Below are positions 1 to 7,983 of a DNA stretch of 64,000 nucleotides, in pieces. Source of the DNA: a virus; the IMG/VR virus record IMGVR_UViG_3300042945_002173. The stretch is one strand, 5' to 3'. The translations under genes and the position numbers were made by a program. The number at the start of each line of letters is the position of its first letter. The stretch's first letter is position 1. The notes below the pieces were generated by a model that saw only the letters and a program-made list of their open reading frames with translations, was not told the DNA's origin and searched no databases.

Positions 1-1
1 A

Positions 2-313
2 GAATCGTATCGTCCCCGTGAGTTTTTGATTGAACTTCAAACTCATATGGAGGAGGAGTTGTATATAAAAACTCTTTTGCATGAACTGGTCCACCTGCGG
101 CAGTGGGTGCTAGGTTCGCTGCGGATGCGACGTGGAAAAATGTGTTATGGTAAAGTTCAAGTCGAACTTTATGACTATTGGCATCAACCACATGAAATAG
201 AAGCACGAGAGCAAGAAGAAACCTTATATCTGAGGTATCTGATTGAGAAGAACTGTGTGCCACCTACCAAAGTGGCACAGTTCTTCCCGAACCGCCTGAT
301 GGTGGCGCTATAA
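2..313 (+). CDS. Putative HExxH metallopeptidase-like protein, 5'-truncated by the window
   Basis: Frame open from base 2; TLLHELVHLRQW and PHEIEAR motifs. Confidence 0.6.
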   Translation, partial: ESYRPREFLIELQTHMEEELYIKTLLHELVHLRQWVLGSLRMRRGKMCYGKVQVELYDYWHQPHEIEAREQEETLYLRYLIEKNCVPPTKVAQFFPNRLMVAL

Positions 314-314
314 T
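256..314 (+). promoter_or_regulatory. Dyad TGTGCCA-N10-TGGCACA plus -10 TATAAT
   Basis: Perfect dyad at 256-279, TATAAT at 309-314, ATG at 339. Confidence 0.7.
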
Positions 315-338
315 TACAAGGTAATCAAGGGAACCACA

Positions 339-497
339 ATGGTCACCGACACCGCACAGGATGCCCAGATCCGCCGTTCTATCATTAAATCGGTGAGCGG
401 CATGGATCTTCGCCTTCTGCAACGAATTGCCTATGAGGTTCGTTGTGAAGAACTGGGCATTCGCCCTGATGGTTGGAAACTCTACCCTGAGAACTGA
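339..497 (+). CDS. Hypothetical protein, 52 aa (MVTDTAQDAQ...)
   Basis: Read manually; follows a promoter/leader and abuts the next ORF. Confidence 0.7.
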   Translation: MVTDTAQDAQIRRSIIKSVSGMDLRLLQRIAYEVRCEELGIRPDGWKLYPEN

Positions 498-500
498 TTC

Positions 501-704
501 ATGAAACTTTCTACTACTTCTGTCACCAAGATTGCTGATGCTCTCAAACCAGCAGTCATTGATTACATTTATGAAGATGAAGGATTTGTTGAATATATGC
601 AAACTGCCGTGGTAGAGGGTATTCGCAATGCGATGGGAGATATGGATGAGGATTTACTTTTTGAACTGGGTATGTTAATCTTTGATCGGATCGAACTGAA
701 ATGA
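501..704 (+). CDS. Hypothetical protein
   Basis: ORF track; tightly packed operon. Confidence 0.7.
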   Translation: MKLSTTSVTKIADALKPAVIDYIYEDEGFVEYMQTAVVEGIRNAMGDMDEDLLFELGMLIFDRIELK

Positions 705-931
705 TGAACGAGCAACGAAACAAAGTAATTCAATATGCCGTTGTTGTGAGCACTATTCTCAACTTAGGAATGTGCCTGAATTTGTATCTTCAACTTGGTA
801 GAATGCAATATCAAGTAGCACAAATAGACAGTGATATTTCAAGTGCTGTTGAAGCATTGAGTCGTTATATTTGGGAAATCAAAAACAATGAAGTAAGTAA
901 TTCTGAAACTTATCCAGGAGGACTTCAATGA
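701..931 (+). CDS. Hypothetical membrane-anchored protein
   Basis: N-terminal hydrophobic helix; ATGA overlaps on both sides. Confidence 0.65.
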   Translation: MMNEQRNKVIQYAVVVSTILNLGMCLNLYLQLGRMQYQVAQIDSDISSAVEALSRYIWEIKNNEVSNSETYPGGLQ

Positions 932-1239
932 TTGGATTGATCGCTGGTTTGACGTGTGGAATCGCTACATACTACGGTGTTGGTGATGGTTTCCATGGAC
1001 AAACAACCGCTAATGGTGAACGGTTTGATGCTTATCGTTGGACTGCAGCTCATCCTTATCTTCCTATGGGTACGAGGATTCGGGTAACCAATCAGGATAA
1101 TCTCAAACAAGTGATTGTGAGAGTGAATGATCGTGGTCCATATTCTCATGCAGATCTAGATCTATCCTATGCTGCATTTGCACATATTCAATCTCCCCGC
1201 AAGGGTAACGCCACTATTTGTTATCGTGTAATCGGATGA
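928..1239 (+). CDS. RlpA-like double-psi beta-barrel lytic transglycosylase
   Basis: ATYYG..FHGQTTANGERFD, TAAHPYLPMGT, VRVNDRGP, DLS motifs. Confidence 0.85.
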   Translation: MIGLIAGLTCGIATYYGVGDGFHGQTTANGERFDAYRWTAAHPYLPMGTRIRVTNQDNLKQVIVRVNDRGPYSHADLDLSYAAFAHIQSPRKGNATICYRVIG

Positions 1240-1610
1240 AAAAACTTCTTTTTGCTGCTGCGATTCTGTTCTCTGCACCAGTTTATGCACAACAGTCACC
1301 AACGAATTATCAACCATTTCGTTATGAAACATCTTGTGCTCTGATGTATGAGGGTGAACCAATGACGGATCTGTGTGTGGTGATTGAAACCCGTGAAAAA
1401 GGTGGAGCACTTCGCACTCGTAATATCTTTTCAAATCGATTCAGTCTGACGATCAAAGGAAGATTTGATAAGCAGAAAGGTTATATGACCTGGGATTCTC
1501 ATAATAAGTATGAATATAAATGGGACTATAAGATCGGTCAGGTTGGAGAACTTGGTGTCTGGTCTGAGGTTATGCCTAGTTTTTATTTGCAAAACGTAAG
1601 TTGGGATTGA
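1236..1610 (+). CDS. Hypothetical exported protein
   Basis: MKKLLFAAAILFSAPVYA signal peptide; start at the ATGA overlap. Confidence 0.7.
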   Translation: MKKLLFAAAILFSAPVYAQQSPTNYQPFRYETSCALMYEGEPMTDLCVVIETREKGGALRTRNIFSNRFSLTIKGRFDKQKGYMTWDSHNKYEYKWDYKIGQVGELGVWSEVMPSFYLQNVSWD

Positions 1611-1613
1611 ATA

Positions 1614-1823
1614 ATGAAAATTACAGAAGCAACAGTTAATTTAAATGTACATGAGATGGGTGTGATTCTTTCTGCACTGCAAAATCTTGAAAATGCAGAT
1701 GAACATCGTATTGCCAGAGAATATGGCAGTGTGCCAGCACTTTATGATAAACTCTATTCCTACTGGGAGCAGATGGACAGATCGCAAACTGGACTACGGT
1801 ACGATGTGGTGCCCTCCTTCTGA
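1614..1823 (+). CDS. Hypothetical protein
   Basis: ORF track, operon packing. Confidence 0.7.
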   Translation: MKITEATVNLNVHEMGVILSALQNLENADEHRIAREYGSVPALYDKLYSYWEQMDRSQTGLRYDVVPSF

Positions 1824-1856
1824 GGTTATAATACAAAGGTAATCGGGACACACCCA

Positions 1857-2117
1857 ATGCAAACGCCTCAACTGACCAGCAAGGACGGCAATATGGTGGT
1901 TGACTTCTATCCCGTCAAGACTCCTTATGGTGATATTTCTGAAACTTGGGTACTTCGTACAGTCACCTTTGCTCCTCACGGTCAAGTGTCAAAGAAGTTT
2001 CTCAACAAAGTAGAAATGCTGTTGGACATCCGTGAGCGTGTGGCATACGGTTACAATCAAACGGGTGATAACTCCAATCTTCCCCAACTTGGAAATCCGA
2101 TGGCAGGTGCCTGCTGA
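1857..2117 (+). CDS. Hypothetical protein
   Basis: Preceded by degenerate dyad (1773-1796) and TATAAT (1827). Confidence 0.7.
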   Translation: MQTPQLTSKDGNMVVDFYPVKTPYGDISETWVLRTVTFAPHGQVSKKFLNKVEMLLDIRERVAYGYNQTGDNSNLPQLGNPMAGAC

Positions 2118-2263
2118 TGAAAACTTCTTATTGGTTTCTTGGTATCATTGCCATTCTCATGTGGAACGGAATGATCATCAAACGTGATCAAGAACTGTTC
2201 AAGGCATATGATAAGGTCTGTGCCGAACTTCCCTCTCATCCTCATTGCCATCTTTCCAAATGA
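2117..2263 (+). CDS. Small membrane protein (MKTSYWFLGIIAILMW...)
   Basis: Read manually; overlaps both neighbours; TM helix plus two Cys. Confidence 0.6.
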   Translation: MKTSYWFLGIIAILMWNGMIIKRDQELFKAYDKVCAELPSHPHCHLSK

Positions 2264-2442
2264 ACGACGAAGACATTCAACAATTTATGAATGCATTTGA
2301 TGATTTTATGAAGCATTCTGAGGTTGAGCAATTTAATCATGATGCCTGGTTGATTGCTAAACAATACACTGATCATTTTTATGAGCAGAAAGCAGCAGAA
2401 CTGGAAGTGACTGTTGATTATTACATTCAGGAGTTTGTATGA
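2260..2442 (+). CDS. Hypothetical acidic protein
   Basis: ORF; ATG at 2260 overlaps the upstream stop. Confidence 0.65.
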   Translation: MNDEDIQQFMNAFDDFMKHSEVEQFNHDAWLIAKQYTDHFYEQKAAELEVTVDYYIQEFV

Positions 2443-2609
2443 ACGATCAAACCAAATTCATTTTTGCACTTATGCAGATTGAGAACATTTCAAATCTCAT
2501 CACAGGAAATGAATATGAAAGGTTCTTTGCTTCACATCTCATTCCAATCAAAGTTGAACTGGAAAGGCAATTGACAAATCTCACTCATTCCTCTAAAATT
2601 AAGGAGTAA
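2439..2609 (+). CDS. Hypothetical protein (MNDQTKFIFALMQ...)
   Basis: Read manually; ATGA overlap. Confidence 0.6.
   Translation: MNDQTKFIFALMQIENISNLITGNEYERFFASHLIPIKVELERQLTNLTHSSKIKE
2571..2599 (+). promoter_or_regulatory. Sigma70-type promoter
   Basis: TTGACA-N17-TAAAAT upstream of ORF 2623. Confidence 0.7.
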
Positions 2610-2622
2610 TTTAGAAATACTA

Positions 2623-2853
2623 ATGAAATCACTTTACATTGTTGACTACTGGGTTCCGTTTCCTTCTTCTGAATATGGTGGTGTTGTATCACTAATCGCT
2701 GAGAATGATACGGAAGCATTCCAACTCCTTGCCGATGAAGATGGTTTTGATGACAGTTATCAGAATCTAATCATGCCCAATGTCGTCAAGGCACAGAAGT
2801 TCAAACTTGTGGATGATTATGAATCTGGTATTATTGATGCATTTACCACCTGA
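2623..2853 (+). CDS. Hypothetical protein
   Basis: ORF with AGGAG upstream. Confidence 0.7.
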   Translation: MKSLYIVDYWVPFPSSEYGGVVSLIAENDTEAFQLLADEDGFDDSYQNLIMPNVVKAQKFKLVDDYESGIIDAFTT

Positions 2854-2858
2854 TAATT

Positions 2859-3029
2859 ATGGAAGAAAGACTCTATCGCATTGAAGAACTTTGTACAACT
2901 GGTTGGGAACTGGTTGAAGAAAAGTATGTTAATATGACAAAAGAACGCACTCAGGAAGTTTTAAATCAACTGATTGCCGATGGTTATAATCCTAATACAT
3001 TACGTGCCGTACCCAATCCACAAAAATGA
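2859..3029 (+). CDS. Hypothetical protein (MEERLYRIEEL...)
   Basis: Read manually; fills the gap and overlaps the next start. Confidence 0.65.
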   Translation: MEERLYRIEELCTTGWELVEEKYVNMTKERTQEVLNQLIADGYNPNTLRAVPNPQK

Positions 3030-3304
3030 TTGAGTTTCCTCATAAACCACCAGCAGGTTATTCTTATGAACAAGTTCCATTTAAACGTAATGTTATTGCA
3101 ATCTGGATTCATAATCATTACAGGTTTGTTTACAATGGCGGTGGGATTACTCGTAGCATCTGGGGATTCTACAATCTCAAAACCAAGTGCTTCCACTCTC
3201 CTATCAACGCCAAAACAGTCGGTGATCAAGTAAACATTGAACAAACAACTCCATACTCTGCTATGATACCTAAACTCTCACCTCTCGAACTTGCTTATGT
3301 CTAA
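3026..3304 (+). CDS. Hypothetical protein
   Basis: ORF track, operon packing. Confidence 0.7.
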   Translation: MIEFPHKPPAGYSYEQVPFKRNVIAIWIHNHYRFVYNGGGITRSIWGFYNLKTKCFHSPINAKTVGDQVNIEQTTPYSAMIPKLSPLELAYV

Positions 3305-3545
3305 GTATAGTCCACGCCTGAATGATTATGTTCAATGGAAGAAAGGTGTCGAAGGATGGGTGTATTTTGTTGATAAAGAATATATCACCATCGAAACCAA
3401 CGTCCGCCCAAAAGATCAATTCAATGTCCAGGCGTGTTCTATTCATAAGAATGAAAGGTTATTGGTACTTTGTTACAAGGAACAGTGGAATGAATTAACT
3501 TATGTCGGACATCGTGTTGATCAGTATTCAACTACAATCATATGA
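3297..3545 (+). CDS. Hypothetical protein
   Basis: ORF track; ATG at 3297. Confidence 0.65.
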   Translation: MSKYSPRLNDYVQWKKGVEGWVYFVDKEYITIETNVRPKDQFNVQACSIHKNERLLVLCYKEQWNELTYVGHRVDQYSTTII

Positions 3546-3787
3546 AACAGAAGAGAACAGTATGGAGATGGTGGGCAAAAGCATTAGGAGAGAAGGCAAG
3601 TAAATGTGACAAAGAATCAGACCACATTGCTATTATACGTACTGTTATATTCAGTACTTATCTCATTACTAATCTATTCATTATTGCAGGCGTAATTCGA
3701 CATTGGAACAAAAATGAAATACCAGGTTGTATACTACAAATTGAAGAAGGACCAGAAGAAAGCGAAACAAGAAGCAATCTTTTATAA
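3542..3787 (+). CDS. Hypothetical membrane protein
   Basis: WRWWAKALGEK followed by a TM segment. Confidence 0.65.
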   Translation: MKQKRTVWRWWAKALGEKASKCDKESDHIAIIRTVIFSTYLITNLFIIAGVIRHWNKNEIPGCILQIEEGPEESETRSNLL

Positions 3788-3866
3788 TATTGAAGATGCC
3801 TCACTCTGGGAGCAACATATTAAGGAACAAGGTTATGTAAATTCTGAGATTGTACCAATCTTCTAA
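3714..3866 (+). CDS. Hypothetical protein (MKYQVVYYK...)
   Basis: Read manually; overlaps the 3' end of the previous ORF. Confidence 0.5.
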   Translation: MKYQVVYYKLKKDQKKAKQEAIFYNIEDASLWEQHIKEQGYVNSEIVPIF

Positions 3867-3891
3867 ATACAAAAAAGATTTCCAAGAAACA

Positions 3892-4095
3892 ATGAAGACG
3901 TTTGCACAATTAATGGAACAGATTCATGGTCCAGTAAATCGAACGGAAGTTGCGCTCGCAAAGACCAGAGCAAACATTGCCTCAGAGCGTCTTCGCAGAA
4001 GGCGTCAGTATCAACAAGGTCTTCATACGACGATGCACTTAAATCAGACCGCAGAAAAGGAAGACAGAAAAAAAGCAGAAGTTTATAATACCTGA
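3892..4095 (+). CDS. Small basic protein with capsid-targeting-like N-terminus
   Basis: MKTFAQLMEQ start; CTAAATA late-like promoter about 25 nt upstream. Confidence 0.55.
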   Translation: MKTFAQLMEQIHGPVNRTEVALAKTRANIASERLRRRRQYQQGLHTTMHLNQTAEKEDRKKAEVYNT

Positions 4096-4137
4096 TTAAC
4101 CGCAAAACCTACATTGGAATCTCCGCTGTTGTTACAT

Positions 4138-4947
4138 TCATTTGTTATAAAACCAGTAATATCCTTTCCAACTATAATGCCCAGGATTGCGTAAACTTTT
4201 AATCAATCCGGTACCTTTACCAGAGCCACCTAATACTCTCACAGCATCTGCAATAGATTCATAACGGGCACTTATTTCACCTGTTTTTTTATTTACAGCA
4301 AATACCGATTTCTTTTTAGATTTGTCTTCTAAGATCTGCCACTTGTGTCCATAGGCAGTACCATCTTTTCTGGCAGCAAGTAGAATATTACTATTTTTAT
4401 TCGGATCACCAGTAAGAGATAATGCTGCCATACGAGCATTCTCATAGTCAGTACAGATTCCAGTTTCTAAATTCTTTCCACGTATTGGAAGACCACAATG
4501 TTTTCCATTACCTCTGTTCTCTTCTGTAAGAGCACCCCAAGGTTCTATCTTTGCTTTTGTAGTTAATGCAATAGATATGTTTTCAATATGTTCTGATGTA
4601 AGTATCTTTTGCTTTGCTTTTTCTGTTATTTTTTGTTTTGTTTCTTCACTGAATATTGGACGTTCACCACCACTTGTAGCATTATATCCTTCTTTAAATG
4701 TATTATGTTGTTTGATCCAATATTCTTCTCTTTCATTTAATAAACTCTCATCACATTCATCTATTTCTTTAATCATGAAGTTGTGATTGCCATATTTACG
4801 CATGGCACGATGTAGGGGTTTATCACTCATTCTTATTGCTTCTTGTATGTGTTGTTGCCACCTTTTATTCATTCCTTGGGTGGTCTGACCAACATACTTG
4901 TGCCCGTTTTGCTTGTTGATAATTAGGTAGATGATTCCCTGTGCCAT
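4138..4947 (-). mobile_element. Free-standing GIY-YIG homing endonuclease with NUMOD-type C-terminal DNA-binding repeats
   Basis: GIIYLI...YVGQT, RW..H, LNEREEYWI, GYN..SGG; opposite strand to neighbours. Confidence 0.85.
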
Positions 4948-5082
4948 TGATATGATATGCTACATTCTTTATATATTGTACATAACGATTAAAATATAAT
5001 ACATAATGGTGAATTTAAAAAAGTTAAAATTATTGTATGGTGTAGTTAATGTTATATTAAATTATTGTGTGTGTTTTATAAT

Positions 5083-5111
5083 ATTCTCAATAATTATTGT
5101 TTATTGAGAAT
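5083..5111. repeat. Inverted repeat ATTCTCAATAA-N7-TTATTGAGAAT (copy 1)
   Basis: Perfect 11-bp arms; second copy at 5788-5817. Confidence 0.8.
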
Positions 5112-5158
5112 CAATTAGGTATTATGTTGAGAATACCCAGATCTTATGCAAGCTTAGC

Positions 5159-5187
5159 ACGTTAGCATAAGGAGCGCAGTTTGTCAA
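5159..5187 (-). promoter_or_regulatory. Sigma70-type promoter facing the GIY-YIG gene
   Basis: Minus strand TTGACA-N17-TAACGT. Confidence 0.5.
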
Positions 5188-5238
5188 GTCCGCCGCCCGC
5201 GAAAATTTCCCGAGACCCCACACAAGACTTATAATGCC

Positions 5239-5267
5239 TTGACAATCTTATAAGTTCGTGATAGAAT
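5239..5267 (+). promoter_or_regulatory. Sigma70-type promoter reading into the repeat cluster
   Basis: TTGACA-N17-TAGAAT. Confidence 0.7.
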
Positions 5268-5513
5268 CTCGACGAGTTATGTTACGAGATGCACATAAAT
5301 TCGACGAGACATCATATATATTGGTATGAATCTCGACGAGACCTATATCTAGACTAGATTGCATCTCGACGAGTTTTATGCTACAATACGAAAGCGTTCA
5401 CAAATCTCGACGAGCTTATGTACGACGACTACGATCTCGACTACACATACACAGGCAACGATTACGCGGATCTCGACGAGTATTATGCACGAGATACACA
5501 GGATCTCGACGAG
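5266..5513. repeat. Cluster 1 of ATCTCGACGAG interrupted palindromes
   Basis: Copies near 5266, 5299, 5330, 5363, 5404, 5434, 5470, 5503, spaced 30-41 bp. Confidence 0.85.
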
Positions 5514-5570
5514 GATTATGCGCGAGATGGGCAAGATTACGAATCACTTGCATATCGTCATTATGCATGA
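5418..5570 (+). CDS. Asp/Tyr-rich 50-aa protein (MYDDYDLDY...)
   Basis: Read manually; promoter TTGCAT-N17-TACAAT at 5359-5387. Confidence 0.6.
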   Translation: MYDDYDLDYTYTGNDYADLDEYYARDTQDLDEDYARDGQDYESLAYRHYA

Positions 5571-5601
5571 TATAATCTAGACACATCGCATCTAGACACC
5601 T

Positions 5602-5754
5602 ATGCTAGCACAAAAGCGCATTGTACAGGTTACACTAGACATTATGTGTTATGATGATCTAGATCTAGATCATATTAATTGGCGAGAACTATTACAACTC
5701 GAACCGAATGAAGATCTCCATTGTAGGGTGAAAGAGTTCGATCCATTCGATTAA
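5602..5754 (+). CDS. Hypothetical 50-aa protein (MLAQKRIVQVTLDI...)
   Basis: Read manually; promoter TTGCAT-N17-TATAAT at 5548-5576. Confidence 0.65.
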   Translation: MLAQKRIVQVTLDIMCYDDLDLDHINWRELLQLEPNEDLHCRVKEFDPFD

Positions 5755-5787
5755 TGTGACAGTTCTTGAATTGGCACAAGATCCCCT

Positions 5788-5817
5788 ATTCTCAATAAGG
5801 GGTTTCTTATTGAGAAT
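5788..5817. repeat. Inverted repeat ATTCTCAATAA-N8-TTATTGAGAAT (copy 2)
   Basis: Same arms as 5083-5111. Confidence 0.8.
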
Positions 5818-5824
5818 GAATATT

Positions 5825-5886
5825 TTATGGCAGGGGGAGTGGCGATGTATTGTCGTCAGCAGGGATACCCTTCCCCTCATTAGATT
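5825..5886. ncRNA. Candidate structured small RNA, three-way junction (copy 1)
   Basis: Homologous to 10081-10143 with a compensatory change; minus-strand promoter TTGATT-N17-TATCTT at 5921-5893. Confidence 0.5.
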
Positions 5887-5892
5887 TCTTAT

Positions 5893-5988
5893 AAGATAGC
5901 AGAGCATTAATCCCAAATCAAGGGGAATTGTGCCAGTTCTCCTAGTGGCACAAGGGGGGTTGTAATCTGCCGCCGAGCGGGTTATGTT
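5893..5988. promoter_or_regulatory. Divergent promoter pair around the TGTGCCA-N10-TGGCACA dyad
   Basis: Dyad 5929-5952 with a -35 hexamer 7 bp from each arm; both spacers 17 bp. Confidence 0.65.
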
Positions 5989-6013
5989 GGTTTCGTTCCT
6001 GAGGGATTGCTCA

Positions 6014-6217
6014 ATGGTTCTTCTCACTGCCACAAACTACGGTTGCGTTTTTACTCTTTCTCAGGAAGATGGTGATGAATTGTATTATGCTCCGATTTAT
6101 GCTGATGGTAGTGTAAATCTTGGTGAATTTGCGCCAGTTGATATGGATAGCGCAGATATGGATCATATGGAACTTTTTGATATCAGAAACCAATTGCGTG
6201 AGATGGTGGAGGTGTGA
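6014..6217 (+). CDS. Hypothetical acidic protein
   Basis: ATG after TTCGTTCCTGAG leader. Confidence 0.65.
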   Translation: MVLLTATNYGCVFTLSQEDGDELYYAPIYADGSVNLGEFAPVDMDSADMDHMELFDIRNQLREMVEV

Positions 6218-6296
6218 CGGTTTAACAAGTGGCACAAGGGGGGTTGCAATGCCCCCCATCCCCTGATACATTACATTCGTTCCTGAGACACCGACC

Positions 6297-6770
6297 ATGC
6301 TGACTGGCAACGCACTGCTGATCAAGGTTAACGAAATGCAGGCACAAAACCCGCCTGCTAAGATGTCTGAAATCGTTCGTGCCTGTGGGTATGAACTGGA
6401 AGGCAAACTGAAGTATACTCAATTCTACACTGAGTTGCTGACTGTCAAAGGTATCCTGAACAATGATACTTTGGAGAATGAAATCTCTGAGGAGAATCAG
6501 GATCTGTATGCCGAACTGTGTAACCGTTATGGTTCGGATGCAATCGATGCATTCCTGGAACTCTATGATGAAAATGATCTGGGTAATTTTGAAGATGCCT
6601 ATCAGGGTCGTTATGATTCTGAGGCAGCATTTGCAGAGGAAATCACCACTGATTGTTATGGTTTGAACGTTCCTTCGTTCGTGATCATTGACTGGCAAGC
6701 AACTTGGGATCAGGGTCTCTATTATGACTATGATTTCGTGGATGGTTTCGTGTTCAGCAAGAATTGGTAA
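6297..6770 (+). CDS. Picocyanobacterial AbrB-like N-terminal domain fused to an ArdA-like antirestriction domain
   Basis: MLTG..LL.KV..SEIVRACGY..FYTELL..KG followed by acidic FEDAYQGRYDSE.AFAEE...IDWQATW...YDY..VDGFVF. Confidence 0.6.
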   Translation: MLTGNALLIKVNEMQAQNPPAKMSEIVRACGYELEGKLKYTQFYTELLTVKGILNNDTLENEISEENQDLYAELCNRYGSDAIDAFLELYDENDLGNFEDAYQGRYDSEAAFAEEITTDCYGLNVPSFVIIDWQATWDQGLYYDYDFVDGFVFSKNW

Positions 6771-6935
6771 TCTCGACTAGATGATATCAAGATCTCGACG
6801 AGACATACACAATTCGTCGAGATCGCATATACGATATACACATCTCGACGACATATACACACGATATTATAATCTCGACGCACATACACATACGTATCGA
6901 GATGTGCAAGAATACGTGACACATTCTCGACACCC
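6770..6935. repeat. Cluster 2 of ATCTCGAC(GAG) motifs with CA/TA-alternating spacers
   Basis: Copies near 6770, 6792, 6813 (reverse), 6842, 6872, 6897 (reverse), 6925; no credible ORF. Confidence 0.8.
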
Positions 6936-7032
6936 ACCCACCACGTGAGCTCGCCTTATGTGCAAGAATATGTGCTTCACCCCACTCACCCCTTCCCACA
7001 CCATCTAGATGTGCTTTTTATATTCTTAGACT

Positions 7033-7056
7033 AATACCCCTTCGGGGTATTGTTTC
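7033..7056 (+). terminator. Hairpin, possible intrinsic terminator
   Basis: AATACCCC-TTC-GGGGTATT followed by GTTT. Confidence 0.5.
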
Positions 7057-7114
7057 ACATCTCTTTAGTATATCTTATAGAGTCTAGATTCTTATCTTCA
7101 ATGGGAACAAAGGT

Positions 7115-7210
7115 ATTCTAATCAATATTTTGAGTACTGTCAAGCCCCTGTGGTCCAGTTCGTGAAGTGGTACAAGATCGGTTGCAATCCGATGATCCCC
7201 CTGATAAATT
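7115..7210. promoter_or_regulatory. Divergent promoter pair around a dyad variant
   Basis: Minus TTGACA-N17-TAGAAT (7143-7115); dyad TGGTCCA-N10-TGGTACA 7151-7174; plus TTGCAA-N17-TAAATT. Confidence 0.65.
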
Positions 7211-7233
7211 ACATTCGTTCCTGAGATTTCGCC

Positions 7234-7392
7234 ATGACTGAGGTTAAAGTTCGGGTCGAAACTAACGACGGTTGCGTGACATTTTGGTATGAAAAGTCCA
7301 GAGTCAAGAATCCCACCGAAGTTGTGTGCAATCGTGTCACTGAACAGTTAATGGGTCTTAACATTAAAGAGGTGAGTGTGACAGTCGCCTAA
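7234..7392 (+). CDS. Hypothetical 52-aa protein (MTEVKVRVET...)
   Basis: Read manually; leader shared with ORF 6297. Confidence 0.65.
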   Translation: MTEVKVRVETNDGCVTFWYEKSRVKNPTEVVCNRVTEQLMGLNIKEVSVTVA

Positions 7393-7460
7393 GTGCCACA
7401 TCGGTGCTTGCTAAGCACCTCCCCCCGTGCCATACTACGTTTGTTCCTGAGAGACACACC

Positions 7461-7589
7461 ATGTTTGATGAACTCTGGCAAGAGATTCAAGATGCTCCTG
7501 GTGAGATCTTTGACATTCCCGAACTTCGTGATCTGGATGATGACAAGTTCGATGTCAATGACTACATCAACGGAAACTACGACTACTGA
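7461..7589 (+). CDS. Very acidic 42-aa protein (MFDELWQEIQD...)
   Basis: ATG after dyad, promoter and leader. Confidence 0.65.
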   Translation: MFDELWQEIQDAPGEIFDIPELRDLDDDKFDVNDYINGNYDY

Positions 7590-7786
7590 TGTTGTTTCAA
7601 GTCACCGCAATCGAGTTTGATTTTGATGAGGATGATGACTTTCCCGAGCATCAATTCTCTAACATTACCGATGAAACGATTGGTATGATTTGGGAAGCAG
7701 ATGATGAAGATGATCTAGTTGAAGAGATCACATGTGCCACAGGTTGGTGCATCAAATCCATTGATTATCGTCACGTTCTGAAATGA
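7589..7786 (+). CDS. Acidic hypothetical protein
   Basis: ORF track; coupled to neighbours. Confidence 0.7.
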   Translation: MLFQVTAIEFDFDEDDDFPEHQFSNITDETIGMIWEADDEDDLVEEITCATGWCIKSIDYRHVLK

Positions 7787-7983
7787 CCAACAATGCACCC
7801 TATGGTTGCCAAACCTATAAGGATCTGCTGGTCATGTTACAATCTATGACAGCAGAGCAGTTGGACTGCACTCCGACAGTGTATGATCCTGATGCGGATG
7901 AGTATTATCCCATCACAACACTGCTCACCGCATCTGACACCAACGACGTGTTAGACTCTGATCATCCTTACCTTTCCTTCTGA
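7783..7983 (+). CDS. Acidic hypothetical protein
   Basis: ORF track; coupled to neighbours. Confidence 0.7.
   Translation: MTNNAPYGCQTYKDLLVMLQSMTAEQLDCTPTVYDPDADEYYPITTLLTASDTNDVLDSDHPYLSF

Noticed and set aside
5266-5513. Mini-CRISPR array
   Set aside because: Repeats are only ~11 bp, degenerate, irregularly spaced and partly coding.
5825-5886. Canonical tRNA gene
   Set aside because: Too short, with no T-loop or anticodon arm; no tRNA was recognised anywhere in the window.
5929-5952. CRP or NtcA site
   Set aside because: The spacer does not fit TGTGA-N6-TCACA or GTA-N8-TAC.
6230-6249. Sigma54 promoter (TGGCAC...TTGC)
   Set aside because: Spacing is too long for -24/-12, TTG functions as a -35 with a -10 downstream, and cyanobacteria lack sigma54.
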